A stretch of 63,837 nt of DNA, filler included, from Octopus bimaculoides (GCF_001194135.2; 5 parts of 4 records of this genome joined end to end with filler, not necessarily neighbours in it); one strand, 5' to 3'. Positions 39,863-51,540 are shown, numbered from the whole stretch's first letter. The notes: generated by a model from the sequence alone, not told the origin. Program-made: numbers and translations.

Positions 39863-40925
39863 ATTGCCTTTGCACAGCTTCTAACGCTGGAGATGTACTG
39901 CGGTGTCAGCTGTTCACTACCAATGAACTAAGGTAACACCCCTTATTTTTCGAGCACCTTCCGGAATATTCGGACGGTTCCAAGCAGTACTGTTTTCTGC
40001 AAGTGCTCCACCCTTATTGCATCCCCTATTTGTTCCACGTACTTCTCGAGATTTTTACTCACTGTTCCCAGGGCTCCGACAATTACTGGTACTACTACCA
40101 CCTTCTTCCTCGACCACAATTTCTTAACCTTGCAAGCTAACCTGTCATATCTCTCAACTTCTCTTTCTTCCTTATCGCATACCTTGTTGTCAGCTGGGCA
40201 TGCTATATCTATGATCCAGCATAGTTTGTTTTCTTTCTCAATTAAGACTACGTCTGACTTCCTATTCTCTATCTCATGGTCGCACTGAAGCATAAAATCC
40301 CATAGGATATTTGCATTTTTATTTTCGACGATGCCTTCGGGTTTGTGGTCATACCAATTTTTGCTCTGTCAAGTCCATACTTGTTGCAAAGTGTCCAATG
40401 GACAAGCCTGGCTATTTTGTCGTGGCGTCTTTTATATTCTTTCTGGGCTAGTAGCGTACATTGGCTGGTAATATGCCATACGGTTTCACCATTTTATCCA
40501 CAGATTCTGCACTTATCACTTTCTGATGTGTTGTCTCTTCTATCTGCTTCATAACCTCCCTCGGCGGTATCGTTGGCCCGTCCATACATTTGATTTTGCT
40601 TCTCTTCAAGACTAACACTCCACACTTTCTCAGTCCGAACTCCATTCTGATATCAGCACTGAAGGTATACACCGTATCAACGAGGGAACTGACTTGGGCT
40701 TCATCTTTACCATTAAATTTGAGATCATCCATGAATAACAAATGGTTTTCCTTGGTACCTCTGCACTTATGCTTGGAACCCTTCTGCTCATGTGGCAGGA
40801 CTCCGTTTTTTCCAGATGTTCGTACATTGACTCCGCGAGTATTCCAGTCAATAACTTCCACATAAGTGGCAAACAGGATATCAGCCTGTAATTGTCTACC
40901 GTATTGCCTTTTTCGTTGTTTTTCA
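39863..40925 (-). mobile_element. R4/Dong-clade LINE remnant (RT plus restriction-like endonuclease), internally deleted
   Basis: [35 protein letters not shown] and REL RKSDVVLIEKENKLCWIIDIACP..KLW..VVPVIVGALG..LQKTVLLGT. Confidence 0.85.
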
Positions 40926-40949
40926 AAAAAGAAAATTGAAAAAAAGAAA

Positions 40950-41008
<59 letters not shown>

Positions 41009-41009
<1 letters not shown>

Positions 41010-41303
41010 TCTCTATATCACTGGTTTTGTTGGAGCTTCTGGAGTCTTGCAAGCCTACGGTACCATACTATCCGTTCTTTTTAGCTATCTAATATTTTCC
41101 TGATTATTCTGGCCGTGCCAAAGAGGCACACCTTTTGTAACAGTTCTACTGGGCACTCTATTGAATAGAGTCTATTGCAATTTCCTTTATATTCCCCTTG
41201 GTGCTTGCTGATACTTTTCCCAAGGACCCAACAATAATTGGCACTATCTTCACCTTCTTCATTTTCCATAACCGGGCTATTTCGTACTTAAGAGGATTGT
41301 ATC

Positions 41304-41304
<1 letters not shown>
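41009..41304 (-). mobile_element. R4/Dong 3' fragment flanked by (TAA)n on both sides
   Basis: Encodes ..VELLQKVCLFGTARIIRKILDS*, then a short UTR and a TAA array; the 5' junction also abuts TAA repeats. Confidence 0.85.
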
Positions 41305-41370
<66 letters not shown>

Positions 41371-41421
41371 NNNNNNNNNNNNNNNNNNNNNNNNNNNNNN
41401 NNNNNNNNNNNNNNNNNNNNN

Positions 41422-41536
41422 GGTACCATACTATCCGTTCTTTTTAGCTATCTAATATTTTCCTGATTATTCTGGCCGTGCCAAGGAGGCAAACTTTTTG
41501 TAACAGTTCTACTGGACACTCTATTCCTGTTTCCAT
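41422..41536 (-). mobile_element. R4/Dong 3' fragment
   Basis: Diverged sibling of 41009-41304 (several substitutions), truncated by an N gap. Confidence 0.75.
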
Positions 41537-41574
41537 TATTATTATCTTTTTTTTTTTTTTCATATACACTCAAC

Positions 41575-41897
41575 AGATTAGACTGTTGGAAAAGAAAAAA
41601 TTCTAACATCGGGCTACAAGTAACCTTAGATGCCAAGAACCCTCCTAAGTATCCTAGCTGTCCCTAATAACACTGTTTTCTGCAGCTGTAGTAAACTGGG
41701 TTTTATGCCTATTTCCTCTATCCACCTGTTCAGATCTTTAGGGATAGTTCCCAATGCACCTATAACTACTGGGATACATTTTACTCGTGCTTTCCATAGT
41801 CTCTGTAATTCAATAGCAAGGTCCTATTCTTTCTATACTTCACACATTAATATTTTCATCATTTGGGACTGTAAAGTCAATTATCTGGCACTTTCTT

Positions 41898-41970
<73 letters not shown>

Positions 41971-42345
41971 CAAATCAGGCCTTCTAGCTTCTTTATTCTG
42001 TCAGTTCCACAACATCTTATATTTCTTATTTTCTAGTACTTTACTAGGTTCATGTTCATACCATTTATCAGTATGTTCAAATCTTGCCAGGTCAGTTAAC
42101 TGTTGCTCACTATTTTCGAAGAGTCCTATTTCATTCCATTTTGCTTTCATTCGTTGTCGGAATCCCCTTCTACTGGGTTTACTCCTGATCCAGCATTCAA
42201 TTAACGTTCGGTTTGCCTCCTTATCCCACCTTCTTCTCTGCCTCTAGCTTTGTGTACAAGCAGTCTCTGGGTGACGACTCGGCTTGCGCTGCTCAATCAC
42301 AGGGCACCCGCTGGGCGAAAGGCTTTCACCTTTGGCTCCAGCCTC
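41575..42345 (-). mobile_element. Internally deleted R4/Dong element (N-terminal region fused to REL) with internal (GTA)n expansion
   Basis: RWDKEANRTLIECWIRSKPSRRGFRQRMKAKW is followed by KWYEHEPSKVLENKKYKMLW..RRPDL(V)n..KCQIIDFTVP..LQRLWK..IPVVIGALG..LQKTVLLGTARILR. Confidence 0.8.
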
Positions 42346-42443
42346 ATTATCACCATTATTTGATACATTTGTATTAGACATTTCCACTCAACAATGAGGT
42401 TTGTGTTTCAAGGTTAGCTACCAACCAGTAATTTTATCGAGAC

Positions 42444-42474
<31 letters not shown>

Positions 42475-43035
42475 GAGTGAGAGAGCAGTGCATGCCATCA
42501 AAGTGACACTGGGGTAAAATATGCGAAGCCCAGTATACCCATCATGACTACCCGTCTGATAAGGGTACACCAGGTACATGCATCACAACCATATGTGCGC
42601 GACATGGCGATCTCATATCAAGATAAACAGCGCATGACCTCGCAGGTGGGGTAAGGAGGCAAACCGAACGTTAGAATTTTCTTCAGGTCGAGTAGCCCAT
42701 CCCGCTCAAAAGGTCCTTGAATAAGGTTTGTTTAAGGATGTTGAGCAAAACACCCATGTTTCCAAAGGTGAATTATTCAAACCCCAAAGAATTCCCCTCA
42801 ACACATGGTTATGATGCTCCCCCACTATTTCTGCTCATGGTCAGAGATGCACAACTGGGACACCAAGGGACATGCTCAACTGATTAAGGTCAAACAACTG
42901 ACAAGCAAATCTGTGGTATTAAGCAGAATATTTGCTGTAGCCCATCTTTTATTCCAAGACAAAGCAATGTACATAACACTTCCAATCAATTAAGATCAGA
43001 AGCCATTAGAGCCACTGCTTATACTGCATCTGGGC

Positions 43036-43037
<2 letters not shown>
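42475..43037. mobile_element. About 560-bp non-coding interspersed element embedded in (TAA)n arrays
   Basis: Complex sequence bounded on both sides by (ATT)n; no recognisable ORF. It resembles a repeat I recall from Octopus sequence (unverified). Confidence 0.5.
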
Positions 43038-43101
<64 letters not shown>

Positions 43102-43141
43102 CATTATCATCATCATCATCATCATCATCATCCACGTCATC

Positions 43142-43315
43142 TCTTTATCACAGGTTTTGTTGGAGCTCTTGATGCGTAGTGGGCTTATTGCCTGCAGCCT
43201 ACGGTACCATGCTATTCGCTCTTTTCACCTACCTAATACTTTCCTGATTATTCTGGTCGTGCCAAGGAGGCAAAACTTTTGTAACAGTTCTACTGGGCAC
43301 TCTGTTCCAATTTCC

Positions 43316-43316
<1 letters not shown>
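43142..43316 (-). mobile_element. R4/Dong 3' fragment between trinucleotide arrays
   Basis: Third diverged copy of gtgcccagtagaactgttacaaaagtttgcctccttggcacg..., with (TAA)n at the 5' side and (TGA)n/(TAA)n at the 3' side. Confidence 0.8.
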
Positions 43317-43379
<63 letters not shown>

Positions 43380-44394
43380 GGATGTGACGAAAGATTTCTG
43401 ACAAAGGATACTAAAATAGATACAAAGAATACTAAAATAAGAGATACTAAAATAATAAAGATGAAGTGAAGACCATCCGCAAAAAAAAAAAAAAAAAAAT
43501 GACCATCTCCAAATATAACAATCTCTGTTTCAACACACGATTTCACATCAGGAATCTTACAAAACAAATACATATACGTAAATCAAAACATCGATGTCTA
43601 TATACTATTGTATATAAAACAATTGTCTCCGTGCTTAGTCAAGTATATAGATAGCAAGGCCGAAGTGTTGATCATTTTACTGATAGCACAGTTGCCGAAG
43701 GAATTTAACCCCACTGCTGCTTCTTAATGACTCATAAAATTCGATAGATTATGAGTGATTCAACATGCAAGATTCCTTTAGTTAATTAGTTTATTTTACT
43801 TATCAATTCATTTTAATTTTCTTTCTCTCTTTTTTCTTTCCTTCCTTCTTTCTTTTCTTTCTTTCTTTCTTTTGCTTTTTTTGCAGAAGTCGATTATCTA
43901 GATCTGCCTTGGTTTAGTATACCTATGATTATGACATCCGAGACATGACATTCCATCTTTTGCGTCATTTTTTAAAATCATCGAACTATCCTAAGCTTCC
44001 TTTCAGTTCACACGATAGTAGGATGTCATTTGATTGAGATTTAAATGCTATTTCTAGCAAAAATGAGTGATCGTATAGAAGCTCCCCGACTGGCAGAAGT
44101 TCAATGTCCTAGAGTAAAACTCTAAAAAAGACACCTACGTGTTTATATCAAGGCATGTTCAGAGCCGATTTCAGCTGTCACTTTTGTTTAAACTTTTAGT
44201 CAAGAGATAAAATAGTACCCATGATTCTTTGTTTAAAGAGGAAACCCCCTATTATCGCCCTATTACATTACGTTTAATGTCTTCAACATGCCCCAGCAAG
44301 GAAATATCTAAAGAAACATCATCATAGAGACGGGAAAATTCTCATGAGATGAAGTAAAAACTTCTCAAATGGTTTAAATAAACAAATGGCTAAA

Positions 44395-45200
44395 AGCAAA
44401 GGAACCAATTGTAAATGTCACGCTTAGAAACTGAAAGTAACAGGAAGAATTCCTATGAAAATGAGTGAAACAGTAAAGAAAATTTAGTTGTAGATAACAT
44501 AGCTACCAACACAAAAATGTTTTTCACAGTTCCGCAAAAGAAACAACCTCTGTGCATCAGAAAATAGGACCATTGTTTGAAGAAAGAGGATCACGCATAG
44601 CAAGAGGGTGAAATGCTCAATGAACAATTCAGTAATGTGCTAACAATTTTATAATTACATAAACAAACAGATGAATCAACAGTTTTTCAACACTGCAACA
44701 TTCCTTGGTGAAGCTGGAACTGTCAATTGCATAGACTATATAAACTTAGTGCCAGACGCGAATGTTTTCAAGTAATTTTCCGAAAAACATGTGAAGAAAA
44801 ATATCCCAAGTAAACACTTCAGCTACTTTTCCACAACTTTCTGGAAAGTGCTGAAATTCCACGAAACTTGAAATAGATAAGTCCCGGTCAAAAGGAAGTA
44901 GAGCAAATGCAAAACATAAAAACCTAGTTCTCTGGCTTCAAATATCAGTAAAGTTATTGGACGAGTTATCAGGGAGAAATTGATTAACCTCCAAAAGAAA
45001 AATAACTTGCTAGGTGGTACCGCATATGGCTTCCGTCCATGAAGAGGCTACCTCATACAGTTGCTGGAATATTTTGACAGGAATCTAAGGCAGCAACTCA
45101 ACTAACTAAATGTAGATATAGTATGACTTCCGGTATAGTTGATTACAGGACAGTATGCCATAAACTTCATGACCACGGTAGATCAGTACAGAGCTTTAAC
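44395..45200 (+). mobile_element. Highly decayed CR1-like LINE fragment
   Basis: Remnant peptides NTKMFF..KIGPL..GEMLNEQFS and the SKVI..EKL..NNLL..GFRP region parallel the 19297 element. Confidence 0.55.
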
Positions 45201-45688
45201 TGGAATATCAGCTGCTTGCAGAGAAAAGTTCAAGGGTAAAGAGGAAAAAAGGTCCAAGGAACAGGAAGACCGCCTGTAGTGTGAGTTAGCAGCATTTAAA
45301 TAATGAATCAGAACGAGGACAAACAGTGTCAATTAGCAAAGGAGCGGTGTTCAAGGTTTAATTTTATGCTGATGTAAATTTCCAGAGTATAAAAACATTG
45401 TAGGATAACAGGACAGAGCAATTGTTTACTTAGAGTTTATTTGTTTAAACTGGTGGTGTTGTGAACCTCCAGAGTTTGAGCAGAAACTTTAAGTTCCTGC
45501 TTAAATCGCCCGAATTTTTATTAACACTCGACAATAACTCGGAGCTTGTATTTAGGCATTTCATGGAGTTCTCTTATGGATTTTTTAAAAAATTCTCCGC
45601 TGTAAGTATGTTACATCTTTTCATACCATAAAAGTCTGCTTTGCTGTGAGATCTTTAATTTCATAAAAAAAAAAACGGTGAATTATTC

Positions 45689-45957
45689 TGTTGTAGGGAA
45701 TTAGTAATAATGGTACATCCCTCCCACGTGACGAATGGAATAACTTAATCACTATAAGTAAAGAGAGTACGTAGAAGGTGATCAGAGATAATCGTGTTTA
45801 TTTGTTTATTTGTTTGTCCTGTATTGTACCCATCTGTGTTTTCGATCCTTCGTGATCATAATAAAAATATTCAGAGATAATCGTGTCGTTATTGGTTTAC
45901 TACGTGTACTGTATACCGAAGTGGGCGTAATAACAATCCATTTTAAGGATTATAACA
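45689..45957 (+). mobile_element. 5' LTR of Ty3/Gypsy element
   Basis: Begins TGTTGTA, ends TATAACA (6/7 inverted), contains AATAAA and is followed 1 nt later by a PBS. Confidence 0.7.
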
Positions 45958-45958
45958 G

Positions 45959-45971
45959 TGGCGACGAGGAT
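45959..45971 (+). promoter_or_regulatory. Primer-binding site complementary to the tRNA-Ser(GCU) 3' end
   Basis: TGGCGACGAGGAT is the reverse complement of ATCCTCGTCGCCA, the recalled 3' end of metazoan tRNA-Ser-GCT. Confidence 0.75.
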
Positions 45972-46070
45972 AAACAAATTTACGTGGAGTTAATAGAAAT
46001 TCGAAGAGGAGTTAACAAGCTCACAAAGTTTTTGTTGTGTGAATTTTACGGAAAAAAAATCGTAAAAATT

Positions 46071-49000
46071 ATGGAAAATTTGTTGGTCGGTGTGCTTGAG
46101 TTGCAAAAACAGCAACAACAACAGCTGAAAGAACAACAACATTAGATACAACTGCGAGAGCAATAACAGAAGCAACAACAACAAATAATATTACAGCAAC
46201 AAATGCTGCAGTTACTGAAGTCGTCAGGAAAGTTAGAAAAAGTGTTCTCGTTAGACTATGTTGTAAACTCGATAAGAGAGTTCAAATACGAACCAGACGA
46301 AGGAGTTACTTTCAAGACATACTGCAGAAGATATGAGAAAATCTTCGATAAAGAATGTAAAGATTGGGAGGGCGAGATGAAAACGCGCTAAATCTTAAGA
46401 AAATTGGCAGCAGCAGAAGATGAGCTTTACAGCAATTATGTACTTCCGAGAAAATCTGACATAAACTTTAATGACACAATAGATATATAATGTAAAATAT
46501 TTAGTGAAAAAAGCTCATTGCCCAACACACGTTGGAAATGTCTGAACATAAGAGAAAAACAACGACGAGGACTACATCACATATGCTGGTAGAATAAACA
46601 GGAAATGCGAGAAGTTTAAGCTGGACGAATTAACGCCAGATATGTTCAAATGCCTGATTTTTATACAGGGACTAACTGCCGAAAAGGACGCAGAAGTTAG
46701 ACCTACAATTCTCGCTAAGCTGGAAGAAAACCAGGATGTAACCCTACAGCAAGTGACAGAAGAATGTGAAAGGTTAGTCAAATCTAGACACGACACAGGA
46801 AATTGAACGTAAAGATTGTTTCTAAGTAAAGCAAGTGCGAAATAATCAGAATACAGAGTGCTTTCGTTGTGGTAATACCGAACATATAAAGACACACTGT
46901 AGAACGAAGATGACATAATGTCAGAACAAAGGAAAAAGAACAAATAGTATGTCATCAGAAGAAATTGGTAATATAACGATGAGGAAATTCGTGAAGGTGC
47001 AAATCAGAAATACAAGTGTTAAAATGCAGTTGGACACTGGTAGTAATATCACCATTATAAACGAAAAGAATTGGAAATATGTCGGTAAGCCGAAATTAAT
47101 CAAATCTAAGAAGGTAGGACATGTTACGGGAAAAAGATTATATTTTTCGGTGAATTCGTATGTAATGTAACATTTCGGGGTCAAACACAAAAGGCAAAGA
47201 TATATGTATTAAAAGATTGACTTAATCTATTTGGCACAAATTAGATGGAACTATTCAAATTGTGGGATACGCCCATAAGTGTTCTGTGTGGAAATATAGT
47301 GGGGTCAGTCAAAAGTTCAAATAAAGCCGAAGGACTGAAACAAAAATTTTTTAAAATTATTTCCAGTTATCTTTTTGGAAGAACTGGGTTGTTGTACAAA
47401 TACAAAAGCTAAGATCGCTGTAAAAAAAAAAAAGTGCAACACCGGTCTTTAAGCCAAAACGGAATGTACCATTCGCAACAATAGATCAGGTTAAAGAACT
47501 GAAAAGATTGGAAAGTCTTGATTTGACTGAAAAGACAGCTCACGTAGACTGGGTAGTACCGACGGTTTACGTGAAAAAGAAGAATAACAAAGTATTTGTG
47601 CAGATTTTTCAACTGAGTTGAATGATTGTTTAGTTGCACACAACTACCCATTGACCCGTCTGGAGGAAGTATTTGCAAAATTGAATGGAGGGAAATTCTT
47701 CTCAAACTCAGACCTCTCGGAGACATATACAAATACGAGTAGAAGAAAGTGCACATTTATTAACAATTAACACACTGTGGCTTATTTAAATTTAAGCGGC
47801 TTCCCTTCGATGCAAAAGTGGCTCCTGTCATATTTCAGCAAGTAATGGATGCAATGCTGAGTGATTGTGATTTCGCTATCGCCTCTCTAGACGATATTTT
47901 AATGAAGCGTGAAACACTGGAACAACACTTTGAACACGTTAAAAGAGTATTTGAGAAAATAAGCGAATACGGGTTCAAATTAACAGAGGAAAAATGTGAG
48001 TTCTTGTTGAATAGAATCAAATACTTAAGGACGAGTAATTGATAAAAACGGAAGAAAAACAGATCCATCAAGGGCAACGGTGTTAAAAAATATGCCCACA
48101 CCGAAAAACGTAACTGCTACAGGCATTCTTGGGTTTGGTAAACTATTACCAAATCAACACTCCAAACATACATAATGTAAAGGCCCCACTCAATGATCTG
48201 TTGAAAAAGAATACAAAATAGTGTTGAACGGATAAGTGCCAGAGGGCATTTCTATCCAAAGTTGAAAACTATACTAGCTACAGATGCAAATGAGTACGGT
48301 GTAGGAGCCGTACTTCAGCACAAATACGATGATAGCAGTAAAAAGGCTATAGTCCATGCGTCAAAGCCGTTATTGCCAGCTGAAAAGAATTATAGTCAGA
48401 TAGAAGAAGAGACGTTGACAATCATATATGATGTCAAGAAGTTTCATATATTTCTGTTTGCAAACATATCACCACCCACTGTTGACAATATTTTGTTTTA
48501 AAAAAAATGGAATCCCAACGCACGCAGCAAATAGACTACAACGATGGGGCACTCTACTATTAAATTACGACTATAAATCGAAAATTTAGTGAAAGGCTGT
48601 AGAGGATGTGCTCTAACAGCAAAATTGCACTCTATAAAAAGTGAACCTTGGCCAAAAGTAGATGTTCCGAGGTCGAGACTACACATCGATTTCGCTGATC
48701 CTTTAAATGGTTCTTATTACTTAATGGTACACAAGGCCAGCAAGATTGGAGGAAGGGTAAGTCGATTATATTGACCGCAGTAATCAACTAGTAATTATTT
48801 TATCGACCCTGAAAGGATGAAAAATAAAGTCGATCTCAAGGGAATTTGAACTTAGAACGTAAAGACGGACGAAATACCGCTAAGCATTTTACCCGGCTTG
48901 CTAACGATTCTACCAGTTCGCCGCCTTCACATATCTTAATATTGAAATGTATATTTTTTCCATTGTATTAAATCTAAAACTTCAAGGACAAGTGGAAATC

Positions 49001-49400
49001 ACCAGTATCAGGTGGGGCTGTTTTACAGAATAGAGGATCATTGCCAGTCCACCATTGTGCTGCATGACGAACTTTCTGCGGGCCACCGAAGATGGATGCG
49101 AAGAAAAAGAGCGCAAAGGTACACTGAAGCAATCCTATGGCACTACAAAGACTGTGGCCTTTGATTCCGAGGTTTGGCGACATACCAATCACCAATCTGT
49201 TTCCTGCTTCGAGAACGCACTCAGAGATAACCTTGAGGTGAAAAAGGAAAATGAGGAAGAACTGTGACATTGTAGTATCGAAATCCAAATTAGAATTTCT
49301 TTTGCCGTACCGTCAAGTCTAACCTGTCCTTTAACGGCCTCTTCGGCTACGTGCGAGTTTCCAATCAACGTGAATAGCTCCTCGCTCAATGAATCTTCGT
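46071..49400 (+). mobile_element. Decayed Ty3/Gypsy gag-pol (K02A2.6-like), no 3' LTR found
   Basis: Gag EFKYEPDEGVTF..RYE and FKCLIFIQGL; protease MQLDTGSNITII; RT APVIFQQVMD..SLDDIL; RNase H ILATDANEYGVGAVL..AEKNYSQIE; integrase CRGC..RLHIDFADP. PR-RT-RH-IN order; the 3' limit is approximate. Confidence 0.9.
48730..48927 (-). mobile_element. SINE family B inserted in Gypsy integrase
   Basis: Complete family B reverse copy that interrupts integrase immediately after GSYYLMV. Confidence 0.85.
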
Positions 49401-50036
49401 TTACGAAGCCAAGCCATAATATGATAGTTATAAGTGGAACCTCAAATAATTTCATTTAGTGAAAGTTTATTTGCATAAATCCATAAACAGATAATTCGCA
49501 GGTATTAAATGGGTGCTTAAGGGACTCTATCTTCACTTTGGTAATAGAACTGATGTGTCTATGCACCGGGCTAGTGATTTTGCAACTTCAAAGTCATACT
49601 GTTATCCCTGTTTAGCTCCAAGTGAACCCTGGTCGAATACGCCTGTTATCGAAATCATTCTAATCGTGAAAACTGTATTCTTCCCTTTTTTTTTGTTTTG
49701 AAACTGCTGTGCGTGATTTATCAGAGATCTGGCTGCTATTTCTGTAAAGAAGTTCCCTTGTCGGTTTGGCTAAGTCCGATAAAAAAAAAAGGGCGTGGCC
49801 ACATTCTCTCATTAAGATCCACCGTCACTCATGCCCGCCACTAGCCATCTATTGAATGCGACATTAAGACTGGTTGTTGGACCAACTGCGTTGCTCATTT
49901 AGTAAAATGACAACCCTCCAGGTGGCAGGCGCCAGTCCTCCCGCCTCCGTTTGACATAAGACAACTCGGTCAAACTGATCAGCTGAAAGAAAGTACTTTC
50001 ACTCTTGTTTTGATAATGTTCGTACACGCATGCGTA

Positions 50037-50101
<65 letters not shown>

Positions 50102-50582
50102 GCGCGCACACACGCACATAAGCACACACACACACACAGTTATACACACATACACACACAAGTACAATCTGTCTCTCTTTCCCTCTCTACATGTCTCCAA
50201 CTCTCTTGCTCTCTTGCACTCTCTCCCCTTCTCTATGTATGTACGTACGTATGTATGTATGTATATATGTATGTATGTATGTATGCATGTATGTATGTAA
50301 ATATGTATGTATGTATACATAGGGGAAAGTGAATTATTTATTAAAACATGGCTCATAGATGACAAGTTTTATAAGAGTTTTTGTGTATGCTCGAAATGTA
50401 CAGATACATCAAACACATGCACACACACAATACACATAACCACACTCACACATACACACACCACCACCACCACATACGTACACACGTACGTACGTATGTA
50501 TACATGAACGGTCAACAAGAGAACGAAATTATGAACTAATTTTTACAGCCAACTTTCGTCCTTTCATTATTCTACTTTACGT

Positions 50583-51013
50583 AAGGCGGCGAGCTTGCAG
50601 AAACGTTAACACGCCGGGCGAAACTTCTATCGGTATTGCGTCTGCCGTTACGTTCTGAGTTCAAATTCCGCTGAGGTCGACTTTGCCCTTCATCCTTTCG
50701 GGGTCGATAAATTAAGTACCATTTATGCACTGGGGTCGATGTAATCAACTTAATCTATTTGTCTGTCCTTGTTTGTTCTCTCTATGTTTAGCCCCTTGTG
50801 GGTAATAAAGAAATAAGAAACGTTAGCACGCCGGGCGAAATGCTTAGCGGTATTTCGTCTGTCTTTACGTTCTGAGTTCAAATTCCGCTGAGGTCGACTT
50901 TGCTTTCATCTTTTCGGGGTCGATAAATTAAGTACCAGTTGCGTACTGGGGTCGGTCTAATCAACTGGCCCCTTTCTCAAAAATGTCGGGCCTTGTGCCT
51001 AGAGTAGAAAAGG
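50583..51013 (+). mobile_element. Dimeric/nested SINE family B bounded by one 16-bp TSD
   Basis: Two bodies with different tails; TTATTCTACTTTACGT occurs at 50567-50582 and 51014-51029. Confidence 0.9.
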
Positions 51014-51313
51014 TTATTCTACTTTACGTTGCTTTATGGGAAGGGGAAAACACATAGATAGGGCTGTGATGCGTTGAGAGATGATTTGCTCCATAAAATA
51101 TTTGATTATGTAGTGACAGCTGAGTCTCATTGTGTGTGAAGAAAATTTTACGATCTTAAGTGAATGAATGAAAACGTTATTTTCGGAGCACGATTGTGGA
51201 CAATAAATGTTTAATGTGTTAAATTTCTTTTACATCCTGAATGTTACATGAATTCGATAGATATTGCATCTTCATGTTTATTGTTCGAACTTGTTTATAG
51301 ATGTATTTTATTT

Positions 51314-51540
51314 TTATTTTTCGATCACATCAAGTTTGTATATACTGAACGTCTTTCCGTTAAGTTGGTATCTACTGGTTTTCCCCTCAAATTCGATATT
51401 ATCAACTTCAATCTTGACAACGTCAACCTCAAATTCGTCAACGACAGCTTCAATGTTGGTATCGTCGACTCCATTATTTTGTCATCTACCTCGATTTCGT
51501 TATCGTCAACTTAAATGCCATCACTGTGGGCTGGTTCCAT
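51314..51540 (-). pseudogene. Disabled ORF with acidic heptad repeat (EVDxxxI/F)n
   Basis: MEPAHSDGI*VDDNEIEVDDKIME/(-1)VDDTNIEAVVDEFEVDVVKIEVDNIEFEGKTSRYQLNGKTFSIYKLDVIEK*, with AATAAA right after the stop. Confidence 0.4.
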
